64,000 nt of DNA from Candidatus Eiseniibacteriota bacterium (GCA_963703225.1 OY969801.1:1472001-1536000), one strand, 5' to 3'; counted from the first letter of the stretch, positions 50,162-60,659 are shown. Notes: generated by a model from the sequence alone, not told the origin. Program-made: numbers and translations.

Positions 50162-51231
50162 GGGAAATAGCGGACGACCGCGGGTCCCAGTCGCTGGGAG
50201 AGCCAGAGCGGCATCCGCTTCCAGATCTGGATCGCGAGCGAAAACTTGGGGTTTCGCGGGCTCAGGTCCGGAAGGGACCGCTGCCTTACAAGCCGATACT
50301 GGTAATGGAGCGGCGTCGGCTCGAATCCCCAATGGCGCTTGAAGTCGTAGGCGCCGCTTCCCTTCTTGCTGCGGCCGAAATCGAAGACCCTGTACCCCTG
50401 CTCCATGCCGTGGCAGAGGAGGCTCCAGTACATGAAGTCGTTCACGGCGTAGCGGAACTCCTCTCTCCGCGCCCCGGCGTAATACGGAAGCACCTCTTGT
50501 CTGAAAAAGAAGGTCAGGACCGCGGCGACCGGGCGCCCTTGGCGACGGACGAGCAGGATCCGGCAGTCCGGGCCGAACTCGGCTAGAAGGAAAGAAAAGA
50601 GACGCCGTGGAAAGACCGGCGTCCCGAGGTTTCGTACGCTGTGCGAATAGAGCGCGTAAAAGGGGGCCAAGAGCTCCGCCCCTCCCACCTCCGAAGTGAG
50701 ACCGCTCTTGGTCCCGATGCGGATGCTCCGCCGCTGGTTTCTCGGGATCGCGGCCAGGTTCTCCTCGGCCGTCGGGAGAATGGCGCGACGAAACGTTACG
50801 TAGAGATCCTTTCCGGGCAGCCCCTCCAAGGGGGAGAGATTGCGAAACTCGATGAAGCGAACCCCGAGGCTCTCGCCGAGGGCTTCCGCGTGGCGGAGCA
50901 GCGCGTTTCGAGCGTCGGCGGCGTCGGCCACCGGCCCACCATAGACGGCCTGGGGCGCAGAGACGAGCGAGCTGCCCCACGGAAGCGTGGGCACGAGGAA
51001 AAGCGGGCAGACCCCCACCAGCCGGCCCCCGCGCCGCGCGGCGAGGCAGTAGGATCGGTAGCCGAATGTGCGCTCAACCGCTCGCTGCCAACCGGCGCGG
51101 TGGAAAAACGTCGCCCCAGCGTGGCTCGTGACAAAGTCGTCCCACTCGCCCCCGGCGTCCCGTAGCGCCGCGACTTCGATCGCCAGAGGCTGCGTTGTGT
51201 CGGGTACGCGCGACCCCGCGTCAGCGCCCAC
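50158..51231 (-). CDS. FemAB-related protein, PEP-CTERM system-associated
   Basis: TFFHRAGW, AVYGG, VRNLGTPVF, FDFGRSK..SG...FK..WG. Confidence 0.88.
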   Translation of the reverse strand: MGADAGSRVPDTTQPLAIEVAALRDAGGEWDDFVTSHAGATFFHRAGWQRAVERTFGYRSYCLAARRGGRLVGVCPLFLVPTLPWGSSLVSAPQAVYGGPVADAADARNALLRHAEALGESLGVRFIEFRNLSPLEGLPGKDLYVTFRRAILPTAEENLAAIPRNQRRSIRIGTKSGLTSEVGGAELLAPFYALYSHSVRNLGTPVFPRRLFSFLLAEFGPDCRILLVRRQGRPVAAVLTFFFRQEVLPYYAGARREEFRYAVNDFMYWSLLCHGMEQGYRVFDFGRSKKGSGAYDFKRHWGFEPTPLHYQYRLVRQRSLPDLSPRNPKFSLAIQIWKRMPLWLSQRLGPAVVRYFP

Positions 51232-52168
51232 TGAGGAATTGGTCAACGGTCCGCCGAAGGCCCTCCTCGAAGCCGGTCCCTGGCTGGAACGAAAACAACC
51301 GCCGTGCCTTCTCAATCGAAGCCTGGGAATGGAGCACGTCCCCCACCCGCGCCGGGCGGAATTCGGGGTCGCCCTTCCGACCCGTGATGCGTCCCAGGAC
51401 GTCGAGCAGCTCTCGAAGCGAGTAGCGCTCGCCGCATGCGATATTCACCGCTTCCCCGGAGCCCTCGCGGCACGAGGCCGCCTTGAGGTTCGCCTCGACG
51501 ACGTTGTCGATGTAGGTGAAGTCGCGGCTCTGGTGCCCGTCCCCGAACACGACCGGCCGGCGCCCTTCGAGGAGGGCCGTGATGAAGAGTGGAATGACGG
51601 CCGCGTACTGCGACGTTGGGTCCTGCCGAGGGCCGAACACATTGAAGTACCGGAGCGACACGGTGGAAAGCCCCAGCGTCAGCGCGAACACGCGCGCAAA
51701 TTGCTCCCCCGCGAGCTTGCTCGCCGCGTACGGCGAGAGGGGCGCGAGCGGCATCTCTTCGTGCTTGGGTAGGGTCGGCGTATCGCCGTAGACGGAGGAC
51801 GAGCTGGCCGAAACGACCCGCCGAACGCCCCGTTCACGCGAGGCGGCGAGCACGTTCACGGTGCCCACCACGTTCACCGCGGTCGTGTCCGAAGGGTTCT
51901 CCACCGACCGTTGGACCGACGCCAGTGCCGCCTGGTGAAACACGAACTCGGCCCCGTCGCAAGCGCGACGGCACGTCTCCCGATCGCGGATGTCTCCCTC
52001 GAGGAAGTCGAAGGCGCCCCCCCCGGCCGCGCGCAGGAAGTCGAGATTCTCGCGGCGGCCTGTCGAGAGATTGTCGAGAACCCGGACTTGATGGCCGTCA
52101 CGGAGGAGCCGAGCCGCGATGTGGGAGCCAATGAAGCCGGCCCCGCCCGTGACCAGATGGAGCGCCAC
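51221..52168 (-). CDS. NAD-dependent UDP-HexNAc(A) 4-epimerase (extended SDR, WbpP/TviC-like)
   Basis: TGGAGFIGS, SSSSVYG, YAASK, RYFNVFGPRQ. Confidence 0.9.
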   Translation of the reverse strand: MALHLVTGGAGFIGSHIAARLLRDGHQVRVLDNLSTGRRENLDFLRAAGGGAFDFLEGDIRDRETCRRACDGAEFVFHQAALASVQRSVENPSDTTAVNVVGTVNVLAASRERGVRRVVSASSSSVYGDTPTLPKHEEMPLAPLSPYAASKLAGEQFARVFALTLGLSTVSLRYFNVFGPRQDPTSQYAAVIPLFITALLEGRRPVVFGDGHQSRDFTYIDNVVEANLKAASCREGSGEAVNIACGERYSLRELLDVLGRITGRKGDPEFRPARVGDVLHSQASIEKARRLFSFQPGTGFEEGLRRTVDQFLSGR

Positions 52169-52171
52169 GAG

Positions 52172-53500
52172 CTATAGCCGAAGGACGCCGCGGGTGCGGC
52201 GACCTTTGAGCGCGTTCCTGCAATCGACAATGGTGCGCGCGTGCCTGGAGACGAGGCCGAAATCGAACGATTTGTGGGCCGTGGCGATCACGACGCAGTC
52301 GGCGCCGCGGATCGTGCCTGGGCGAAACGGCACCGACCGTATGACCTTCCCGCCATGGCGGAGCGTCGGCACGTAGGGGTCGCAGTAGCTCACCTGAGCC
52401 CCCTCCTTCTCGAGGATCTCCATCAGATCGAGCGAGGGAGACTCTCGAACATCGTCGATATTGGCCTTGTAGGCGACGCCGAGGAGCAAGACGCGGGCCC
52501 CCCGAACGGAGCGCCGCCGGGCGTTGAGCGCGTCGGCGACAAGTCGGGCCACATGGTAGGGCATGCTGCCGTTCACTTGCCCCGCGAGCTCGATGAAACG
52601 GGCCTCAAAGCCGCTCTGCCGGGCCTTCCAGGACAGGTAGAACGGATCGACGGGGATGCAGTGCCCGCCCAATCCGGGCCCCGGGTAAAACGGCATGAAC
52701 CCGAACGGCTTGGTGGCCGCCGCGTCGATGACCTCCCACACATCGATGTTCAGCTTGTCGCACATCAGCGCGAGCTCGTTCACCATCCCGATGTTGACGC
52801 TGCGAAACGTGTTCTCGAGCAGCTTGACGGTTTCAGCCACCTGTGTCGAGGTGACCGGAACGACCTGCTCGAAGACCGAGCCGTACAGCGCGGACACGGC
52901 GCGCGTGCAGTCGGGCGTCGTGCCGCCGACCACCTTCGGGATATTTCGCGTGTGGAATTTCGGATTTCCCGGATCGATCCGCTCGGGCGAGAAGGCAAGG
53001 AAGAAGTCCTTCCCGGCCCGCATGCCGTGCTCCTCTAGGATCGGCCTCACCAATTCATCGGTGGTGCCCGGATAGGTCGTGCTCTCCAACACCACGAGTT
53101 GACCGCGCCGCAGGCGCGGCGCGATTTCGTGGACCGCCGCGATGATGTAGGACACGTCGGGGTCCTTGGTCTTGCGGAGCGGCGTGGGCACGCAGATTTC
53201 GATCGCGTCCATGGATTTCAGCTCGTCGAAGTCGAGCGTCGGATGCAGGCGCCCGGCGCGAACGTGATCCCGAATCTCCCCGGTCGGCACGTCCTGGATA
53301 TAAGAGCGACCTGCCTTGAGAATCCCGACGCGCTTCGCGTCGATTTCGAAGCCCGTCACCCGAAAGCCATCCTTGGCGAACTCGCTCGCGAGCGGAAGCC
53401 CGACATATCCCAGACCGATGACTCCGATCCGAGCCCTCCTGCTGGCGACCCGGCCCATGAATCGCCGGAGGGGACTCGCCGCCCGTCTTCGTGCAGCCAT
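52172..53500 (-). CDS. Nucleotide-sugar (UDP-GlcNAc-type) 6-dehydrogenase
   Basis: GLGYVG, CVPTP, ESTTYPG, PERIDPG, GGHCIP.DP, D.RESP. Confidence 0.92.
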   Translation of the reverse strand: MAARRRAASPLRRFMGRVASRRARIGVIGLGYVGLPLASEFAKDGFRVTGFEIDAKRVGILKAGRSYIQDVPTGEIRDHVRAGRLHPTLDFDELKSMDAIEICVPTPLRKTKDPDVSYIIAAVHEIAPRLRRGQLVVLESTTYPGTTDELVRPILEEHGMRAGKDFFLAFSPERIDPGNPKFHTRNIPKVVGGTTPDCTRAVSALYGSVFEQVVPVTSTQVAETVKLLENTFRSVNIGMVNELALMCDKLNIDVWEVIDAAATKPFGFMPFYPGPGLGGHCIPVDPFYLSWKARQSGFEARFIELAGQVNGSMPYHVARLVADALNARRRSVRGARVLLLGVAYKANIDDVRESPSLDLMEILEKEGAQVSYCDPYVPTLRHGGKVIRSVPFRPGTIRGADCVVIATAHKSFDFGLVSRHARTIVDCRNALKGRRTRGVLRL

Positions 53501-54297
53501 CAGTTTCCTCCTCGGGTGTCGTTCGCGGGCTTCCGGCCGTCCTGCTCCGGTGGCCGGACCTTTCCGGTCCGGCGGGTCCGTGATGGCCTGGGTTCGTCAT
53601 AGCCGTAGTAGCGGTAGTTGAAGTAATAGGGCAGCCCATCCACCGCGTTATTGAGGACCACCCCGGCGATCTTGTCCGTCACGGGAGCCAAGATTTGCAT
53701 CGATCTCCGCACCATGGCCAAGGGGGTCCTCCCCGCCAGCGCGACGACCAGAATCGCATCGACATGGTCCGCCATGAGGATCGGCTCGATGGCGGGGACG
53801 GTGGGCGGTGCGTCGACGAAAATCACGTCGTAATTTGGGCGAAGCTCTTGGAGCAGCCGATGAAATTCCCCTTCAACGTACCAATCGCCGATCGCCTCCC
53901 TGGGGTAGCCGCTCGGGATCACCCAAAGGTCCTGCATCGACGTCGGCCGGACTGCATCCTGGATCGCGGCCCTCCCCCGCATGACCTCGAATAGGCCGGG
54001 GCCGCGACTGACCCCCAGCAGCGAGTGGATGGTGGGGCGGTGAAGATCGCCATCCACGAGGAGCGTGCGCTTGTGGAAGATCCGTGCGGATACGATCGCC
54101 ATGAGCGCGCAAATCGTGCTCTTCCCTTCCCCTCTCGTCGCGCTCGTCACCATGTAGGACCGCATCTCCGTCGTCGCGCTCCTCTGCTGACGGTAGAGGT
54201 TTTGCAGAAGGCGGCGCATTTCATTCACGTAGGGTGCGTCTATGACAAGTCCGTCCAGGAGATTCTTTCGTGCGCGCTTGCGAAGGAACAAGGGCAC
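53500..54297 (-). CDS. BY-kinase (CpsD/CapB-type tyrosine autokinase)
   Basis: Walker A GEGKS, A' VDGDLHRP, B VDAPP; Tyr cluster PYYFNYRYYGY. Confidence 0.9.
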   Translation of the reverse strand: MPLFLRKRARKNLLDGLVIDAPYVNEMRRLLQNLYRQQRSATTEMRSYMVTSATRGEGKSTICALMAIVSARIFHKRTLLVDGDLHRPTIHSLLGVSRGPGLFEVMRGRAAIQDAVRPTSMQDLWVIPSGYPREAIGDWYVEGEFHRLLQELRPNYDVIFVDAPPTVPAIEPILMADHVDAILVVALAGRTPLAMVRRSMQILAPVTDKIAGVVLNNAVDGLPYYFNYRYYGYDEPRPSRTRRTGKVRPPEQDGRKPANDTRGGN

Positions 54298-54300
54298 CGC

Positions 54301-55953
54301 CTACTGCCGTAGGCCCAGTATTTGGCTCTTCGTGGGCTGATGTTCCGGCGAATGGGCGTCGAACGCGAAGACGAGGCCCGTCAAGAGCACGACAAGAAGA
54401 ACTGCCAGAGCGGCCCAGTGATTCTGGAGGTAGGACCCTGGAGGGGACCATCCCTCGATACGCGGAACCGTGCCGAGCACACGATGGCCGTACTCGGTCT
54501 CAGCCTGCTCCAGGGTCCGCAGTACGGAGGCGAGGCGTTCCCCTCCGAAGACGATGCCGGCGCCGATCAGAGGTCCGAGCAGAGCCGCCATTCCGAAGAT
54601 CTTGCGCGGTTTGGGGGAGGAGGGCTGGATCGCGAGGAGCGGATGCTCCACGATCTCGAGCCGCGGCCCCAGCTCGCTGCTGGCCAGCGCCTCCGACATC
54701 CGCGACGATGTCGCCTGCTGGCGGAGCGTCGCCAGGAAGTCGCGGCTCGTCTCCACATCCTGCTTGAGCCGCTGCAGCTCCAATTCGTCCCGCGGTGAGC
54801 CCTCGACGATCTTCAAATAGGTCGCGATCTCGGATGCGACGCGGTCCCTCCTGTCGGCCAGGGAGCGCAGGACGGCCCGGTCCAGAGCGATCCCTGCCGC
54901 CGCGGCGCGCGCATCCCCGGAAAGGTTTCCAGGGAGAGTCTGTGAGAGCTGCTCGAGGTTCATGAATAGAGATTGGCGGGCGGAAGCGATACGCCCCTGC
55001 ATGGCATTGGTTTCCGGATTGTTTTCCGACTCGGCTCGCAGCAAAGCGAGCGCATAGCTGATCTCCAGCTCCCCGAGCTGGTTCACGGCGTCGGCCACCG
55101 CCTGACTGCGCAGCTCAGGGACGGGAACATCGGCCACCGTCGCCCGCCACTCGTTCCTCGCCGTCTGGATCCGCGCGTTGACTTGCTCCATCGCATCCTC
55201 TGTGGAGCGCTGGAGGCTCCGAGCGATCGGCAGGTTCTGGTCCGTGATGATCCCCAACGAGAACCCCTTGCGCAGTCTGGACTCCTGGAAGTCGCGCAGC
55301 GCTTCTTCGGACTTCCTCAGCCGATCCTCGTATACGGCGATTTGGTCGCTGCTGAACTCGCCGCGCGCCTGGACCCGCTCGAGCGTGGAGAGGCGGCTTT
55401 CGTCGATGAGGACATCGCCGATCATCTCGGCGAGCTGGCGGGCAACCTCGGGATCGGCGTCCAGCGTCGCGATCTGGATGAGCGACGCGCGCCCAGGCGT
55501 GACGCTGATCTTGTCTCCAAGGATGGAGACCGACATCCGCATGGCGTAGTCTTCGGGCGTGATCCCCTTCCATCTCTGGGCGGCAAGCCTCGCCTTCTGG
55601 AGGAGCGCCGGATTTCGATTCATCCCGAGCCGCTCGACGAGAATGCTCAGAAAGGCGCGGCTGTGGATCTTGCTGTCCACCAGCGTGACCCGATCTCGCG
55701 GGTTGGGCCGCTCCATCACCGCGCCCACGAGAGGATCGATGGCGGGCGAAGCCTGGCCGCTTCCATCCACGGAGATGACAATCTGAGATGAGTAAAGACG
55801 GGTGCTGTACTTGTAATAAACCGCGGCGCTGCAAAGACAGAAGATGATCGGCAGGACGACGAGCCAGCCACGCCGCCGTATCTTCCAAACCAGATCTCGG
55901 AGATCGATGGCGGGTTCTTGCGGCTCCACAAACTGTCCCTGAGAGGATTTCAA
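54301..55953 (-). CDS. Polysaccharide co-polymerase (Wzz/GumC; Wzc membrane part)
   Basis: IDLRDL, two TM helices flanking coiled coils, PSSPKP, VLGTVP. Confidence 0.85.
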   Translation of the reverse strand: MKSSQGQFVEPQEPAIDLRDLVWKIRRRGWLVVLPIIFCLCSAAVYYKYSTRLYSSQIVISVDGSGQASPAIDPLVGAVMERPNPRDRVTLVDSKIHSRAFLSILVERLGMNRNPALLQKARLAAQRWKGITPEDYAMRMSVSILGDKISVTPGRASLIQIATLDADPEVARQLAEMIGDVLIDESRLSTLERVQARGEFSSDQIAVYEDRLRKSEEALRDFQESRLRKGFSLGIITDQNLPIARSLQRSTEDAMEQVNARIQTARNEWRATVADVPVPELRSQAVADAVNQLGELEISYALALLRAESENNPETNAMQGRIASARQSLFMNLEQLSQTLPGNLSGDARAAAAGIALDRAVLRSLADRRDRVASEIATYLKIVEGSPRDELELQRLKQDVETSRDFLATLRQQATSSRMSEALASSELGPRLEIVEHPLLAIQPSSPKPRKIFGMAALLGPLIGAGIVFGGERLASVLRTLEQAETEYGHRVLGTVPRIEGWSPPGSYLQNHWAALAVLLVVLLTGLVFAFDAHSPEHQPTKSQILGLRQ

Positions 55954-56942
55954 TTGTGGGTCAGGATAGCGATCGAGGTCGCGATGCCGAGCAGGACGCC
56001 CATGACACGCAGATAATCTCTACCGCCAGACCTTCTCGGGAGATAGACGGTGTCGCCTGCCTGGAGCAGAGGATTGCCCGCGAGGCTGGCGTCCCCCAGG
56101 TAGTCACTCATGTTGACTCTCATGCTCACAACGCGCTGCCCGCTCCTGCGTACGATTTCCACGCGCTCGAGGTTCGCATCGATCGCCGGAGCGGACCGGA
56201 TGAGGGCCCGCACCAGGTCCGAGGACTCGCTGAGCGGCTGCGACCCTTGTGCCCCGACGGCGCCGAACACGTACACGACGTCGGAGGGGGTGCCCTTCAC
56301 GCTGCTGCCTCGCGGAACCCGGACGGTCTCCCCCGGCTTCAGGCGCGGCAGGGTGCTGAGGTCCCCCGTCCGCACCGCCACGCCCAGGTCGACGATCGTC
56401 GGAGTGATCTGAGACTCCGAAAAGATCTGCACCGCCGACAGGTCGGCGTCGTCCGAGGCGCCCCCCGCGGCGGAGATGGCCTCCCAGACGGTGGGAGACT
56501 TGGAGAACGAATAGGACCCCGGAAGGAGGACCGCTCCGAGCACGAAATTCTTGCGGCGGTAGGCCTGCAGGACGGTGACGGTTACTTGTGGAATATCCCG
56601 CGAGATCAGCGAGACCCGACGCGAGATGTCCGTGCCGAGCTCGGTGGTCGTCCGCCCATCGGCCGAGACGTAACCGAGGGAAGGGAGATTGATCCCGCCC
56701 TCCTTGTCGACCGTGTACTGGCCCGAAATATCGTTTCGCCCCACGATGTCGACCTGAAGGACGTCTCCCGCGACGATGCGGTACCCACGGGAGCTGGGAG
56801 GGGTTTCGGAGCGCGCGTCGGCTGCCAAGCCCGAGAGAAGAAGGATGCCGAACGCCGGCGCACGCAGGAGGCCCAGGAACTTCCCCCATCCCTGGAACGG
56901 ACTCGGTACTCGATCCGATTTCATAAGCACGTCTAGGTACAT
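55950..56942 (-). CDS. Polysaccharide export protein (Wza-like; Poly_export and SLBB domains)
   Basis: YRIVAGDVL.V, VDKEGGINLP.LG, LGAV..PG.Y, LQAGDTVYLP. Confidence 0.85.
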   Translation of the reverse strand: MYLDVLMKSDRVPSPFQGWGKFLGLLRAPAFGILLLSGLAADARSETPPSSRGYRIVAGDVLQVDIVGRNDISGQYTVDKEGGINLPSLGYVSADGRTTTELGTDISRRVSLISRDIPQVTVTVLQAYRRKNFVLGAVLLPGSYSFSKSPTVWEAISAAGGASDDADLSAVQIFSESQITPTIVDLGVAVRTGDLSTLPRLKPGETVRVPRGSSVKGTPSDVVYVFGAVGAQGSQPLSESSDLVRALIRSAPAIDANLERVEIVRRSGQRVVSMRVNMSDYLGDASLAGNPLLQAGDTVYLPRRSGGRDYLRVMGVLLGIATSIAILTHN

Positions 56943-56953
56943 GGACTTACACG

Positions 56954-56982
56954 AGTCTACCATCGGCTCCCGTGGGTGTCAA
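56954..56982 (-). promoter_or_regulatory. Sigma-70-type promoter for the export/nucleotide-sugar operon
   Basis: TTGACA-N17-TAGACT. Confidence 0.7.
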
Positions 56983-58073
56983 TCGACCGCAAGGAATCGC
57001 TCCAGGGTCGTCGCGATTCTTTCGCCTGCCCGGCCGTCCCACAACGCCGGGCACCTGGGTCCAACCCCGCCTCCCCGTAAGATCTCCTCCGCGGCGGGGA
57101 GGATCGAGGCCGGATCGGATCCCAGAAGCCGGTTCGTCCCTTCGGTGATCGTGATCGGGCGCTCGGTGTTCGCCCTCAGGGTGAGGCAGGGCACGCCGAG
57201 CGCGGTGGTCTCCTCCTGGATTCCTCCGCTGTCCGTGACCAGGAACCGCGCCGTGGCCATGAGGCTCAGGAAGTCCAGATAGCCGAGCGGATCGGTCAGG
57301 CGAAGGTTCCCTGTCGGCTTGAATCCGCTCTGCTTCATCCGAGCCTGGGTGCGAGGGTGGACCGGGAACAGGACCGGCAGCCGGGTCGAGAGGTCCTGAA
57401 GCGCCCGGAGGATGCCGCCGAGCGAGCCCGCATCGTCCACATTGCTCGGCCGGTGGAGCGTGACCAGCACGTAGCCTTGCGCCGCGAGCCCAAGCCGTTC
57501 CGCGGTCTTCCTCGCTCGGGCCGCCGGGAGGTGGCGGCGGAGCGTATCGATCATCGGATTTCCGACGAGGTGGACCCTCGAGGAAGGGATGCCCTCGGCC
57601 CGGAGGTTTTCGACCGCGTCGGGTGACGTCGCGAAGAGCAGCTCGGAGACCGCGTCCGTGACCAGGCGGTTGATCTCCTCGGGCATGCTCCAATCGCGAC
57701 TCCGAAGCCCTGCCTCCACGTGCGCCACCGGGATTCCGCGCTTGACGGCCACAAGGCTGCACGCGACGGTGGAGTTGACGTCCCCCACCACCACGACCAA
57801 TCCGGCGTCGCGTCCGGCGAGAAGCTCGTCGAACGCGATCATGATGCGCCCCGTCTGGCGGCCGTGCGTGTCGCTGCCCACTTCGAGATCGTGGTCGGGC
57901 TGCGGCAGGCCGAGCTCGGTGAAGAAAACCCGCGACATCTCCTCGTCATAGTGCTGGCCCGTGTGCACCAGGAACGGGCGAATCGAAGGGTAGGCCCTCA
58001 GCGCTTCCAAGATCGGCGCCATCTTCATGAAGTTGGGCCGCGCGCCCACGACGCAGACGATCTCTCGGCTCAC
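56979..58073 (-). CDS. wecB: UDP-N-acetylglucosamine 2-epimerase (non-hydrolysing)
   Basis: GARPNFMK, HTGQH, HVEAGLRS, PEEINR, TDSGGIQEE, TERP. Confidence 0.93.
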   Translation of the reverse strand: MSREIVCVVGARPNFMKMAPILEALRAYPSIRPFLVHTGQHYDEEMSRVFFTELGLPQPDHDLEVGSDTHGRQTGRIMIAFDELLAGRDAGLVVVVGDVNSTVACSLVAVKRGIPVAHVEAGLRSRDWSMPEEINRLVTDAVSELLFATSPDAVENLRAEGIPSSRVHLVGNPMIDTLRRHLPAARARKTAERLGLAAQGYVLVTLHRPSNVDDAGSLGGILRALQDLSTRLPVLFPVHPRTQARMKQSGFKPTGNLRLTDPLGYLDFLSLMATARFLVTDSGGIQEETTALGVPCLTLRANTERPITITEGTNRLLGSDPASILPAAEEILRGGGVGPRCPALWDGRAGERIATTLERFLAVD

Positions 58074-58804
58074 GGTCTTCCCCATCCGGATGCTCCCGCC
58101 CAGAATCCGATCGCCGAAGCGATCAAGGAGACCATCGCGTTCCTCCCGAAGTGTCCCAGCCGCCTTCCGGGCGGCGTGGCGGCGATCCCGCTTTCGAAGA
58201 GCGACGCGACGAACCCCGCGAGGGTGGCGATGCCCCAGGGTACGACGCCAACGATGAGGCCGGAGAGAATCCCCCCCGAAGCCACCGCGGCCGCGCCGAC
58301 GGCCGAGGCCGCGAGCCCCGTCGCGCTGACCGCGCCGGGCGTGCCGTGCGGCATGCGGCGGAGCCGAAGTCCGTGGAGCCCCATCGCGTGACCGCTGCCG
58401 AGCGGGCCAACCTCGGTCCCACTTGTGTCCGCGAGCGCGCCCGCGAGGGCGGATGCGTAGGCCAGCGAGAGCGCATAGCCATCGTTCGTGAGTAGTCCCG
58501 CGATGCCGAGCAGAGCGGGGATTCCGAGCTTCGCCGCCACGTGGCTCACACCACGCCGCCCCTGATTCGCCTCCGCGGCGCCGGCAGCCAGCTTCCTCGC
58601 TCGGCCCAGCCGCGTGAGCGCGCCCCCCACCAGCACGAAGATCGCGAGCGGCAAGAGCGCGCCTGGTCCCAGGCCAAGGATCGCGAAAACCGCGACGCCC
58701 AGGCCGGCGATCGCCCCGGCCCTGGTCCCCTGACCGGTGGTGCCCACGATCAAGGCGCCCACCACGGCGAGCGCGATCGCGGCGGCCGTCGGGGGCAACG
58801 TCAT
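58070..58804 (-). CDS. DUF92/TMEM19-family membrane protein
   Basis: GRRG..HV.A, ADT.GTEVG, GTPGAVS..G, SLFES, RNAMV. Confidence 0.8.
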   Translation of the reverse strand: MTLPPTAAAIALAVVGALIVGTTGQGTRAGAIAGLGVAVFAILGLGPGALLPLAIFVLVGGALTRLGRARKLAAGAAEANQGRRGVSHVAAKLGIPALLGIAGLLTNDGYALSLAYASALAGALADTSGTEVGPLGSGHAMGLHGLRLRRMPHGTPGAVSATGLAASAVGAAAVASGGILSGLIVGVVPWGIATLAGFVASLFESGIAATPPGRRLGHFGRNAMVSLIASAIGFWAGASGWGRP

Positions 58805-58808
58805 CGCC

Positions 58809-59470
58809 TCAGCCCAGGAGCCGATAGACCAGGGCGACCGCGAGCGGGATGGTCACGTTGTCCCAGCCGGACGGTGTGAGACACTCCGCCGCGGCCCCCG
58901 CGAAACCGCATGCTACTCCCATCCGCCACGCGAATGCTCCGCCCTCCTGGTTCGGAGGCGATCAACCCCACCCCGAGCGCGGCCATCACAAAGAACGCCG
59001 CCGATCCTTCGAGGGTGCGGCCGTGCCCAAAGCCCCGAAAGCTCCGTTGGCCATAGCGGGAGCCGACCATCGCGGCCACGGGATCGGCAAACGCGAGCGC
59101 CGCCAGGCCGGCCAGGATCGCGCGCCGTCCCGCTTTCCTCCCAGAAGAAGACGTACGTGAGCAGAACGCCGAGCGGAAAGGTCCAGAGCCCGCGCGCCTC
59201 CCAGGCAGTCGCGGCCATGTCCCGGCAGGAGGGCGCGAACCTTCCCGGACGCGTTCACCACGCCAAAGAGGACGGGAGGCACCACCGCCCAGCCGACATG
59301 CTGAAAGTGGGGCGTCACGAGGAGCGTCCAGGCCCCCACCGCGGCGTGGAGCGCTTTCCGCAACGCCGACGCCGAGACGCGTCCCGGCGCGGCCCAGCGC
59401 GCGCGTGGCGAAAACGAGGAGCGGAGACGACGAGAAGGGAGAGAATTACCAGCGCGGGATCGTGGAGCAT
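58809..59470 (-). CDS. Phytol/dolichol kinase-like (CTP-dependent) membrane protein; several frameshifts
   Basis: Stitched frames: LRKALH, LAFADPVAAMVG..YG, RTLEGS.AFF, WDNVTIP. Confidence 0.7.
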
Positions 59471-59485
59471 TGCGGACACGGGCCG

Positions 59486-59514
59486 ACTCTAGCCGGGCGT
59501 ACCGGGGGAGTCAA
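59486..59514 (-). promoter_or_regulatory. Sigma-70-type promoter
   Basis: TTGACT-N17-TAGAGT just upstream of ATG 59470. Confidence 0.6.
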
Positions 59515-60621
59515 AACGAATCCCCGTCCCCCTCCTCGTTGCCTCTCGATCCATCCGGGCGAGGGCGGGTGGCTCCCGACGGCATTCCCGGCGCGGCCGC
59601 CACCTGGTTCTTCCCCGCCTGCTTCGCGGCGTAGAGGCCGATGTCCGCGGCCTCGAGCAGCTCCCCCGCCGTGAATCCGTTCTCCGGGTAGGTCGCCACG
59701 CCGAGGCTCACCGTGATGACGCCGGGCGGCACCAGCGGGAACGCGGTCGTTTCGACCGACTGCTTCACGCGCTCCGCGAGGACGTACGCGCCCATCGCGC
59801 TCCGTCTGCGGCAGGATCACGACGAATTCGTCGCCGCCGTACTTGGCGACGAGGTCGATCGAGCGCGCCTCGCGCACGAGAATCTGGGCCACCTGGCGAA
59901 GCACTTCGCTTCCCCGCAGGTGGCCGTTCTGATCGTTGTATCGCTTCAGATTGTCGACGTCGAGCATGAGCACCGAGAACCGCTGGCTGAACCGCGCGGC
60001 CCGCTTCACCTCGCGTCGAAGAGCCATCTTGAGGAAGCGATAGTTGTAGACCTGCGTCAGGTCGTCGGTCACCGCGAGCTGCTCGGCGCGGCGGTAGAGC
60101 TTCCCGTTCTCGATCGCGATCGCGGTCTGATTCGCGAGGAGCGAGAGGATGCGCAGATGCCGCATGTCGAACGGGGTCGACTGGACCCGGTTCACCGCCA
60201 CCAGCACCCCGAGGACCGCGTCCCGCACCTTGAGCGGGGCCGCGAGGACCGCGGAGGTACGGAGCCCCGGCAGGGAGTCGACGCTGGGGTGGTACCGCGG
60301 GTCGGTGCCCACGTCCGGGACATGAACCGGCTGCCCTTCCAGGAGCACCCAGCGGGAGATCCCGGCGTGGTTCGGCAGCTCGTAGCGCTCGAGGTTGTGG
60401 AGCTGGCCGTCCGGGGAGACCCGCCTCGCGAACTTGCGGATGCGGCCCGAGTCGACCGTGATGAGGAAGACCGCCTGCGCGTGGAGCATCTGGAGGGCGC
60501 AGCTCAAGACCGACTCAAAAATCGTCTCCTGAGCCCGTCCCCCATTGATCAGGCTGGTAATTTCCTGGAGGGTGGCAAAAAATAATTCGTTGCCTGCAAG
60601 GTCGTCCATTGCAGGCTGCAT
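59511..60621 (-). CDS. GAF-GGDEF dinucleotide cyclase with the Hypr (Asp-to-Ser) signature; one-base frameshift near 59792
   Basis: GAF (DPRY, SAVLAAPL, QTAIAIEN); DVDNLKRYNDQNGHLRGSEVL, RSID, YGGDEF; C-terminus TVSLGVA...AAD..LY.AK..GKN lies in the next frame. Confidence 0.88.
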
Positions 60622-60659
60622 TGTTTTCCGGTCCTTGGAATCCACGTCGCGGAGGGAAA

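Noticed and set aside
59780..59800. Programmed frameshift in the GGDEF gene
   Set aside because: No slippery heptamer; a single extra G matches the error pattern seen elsewhere in the window
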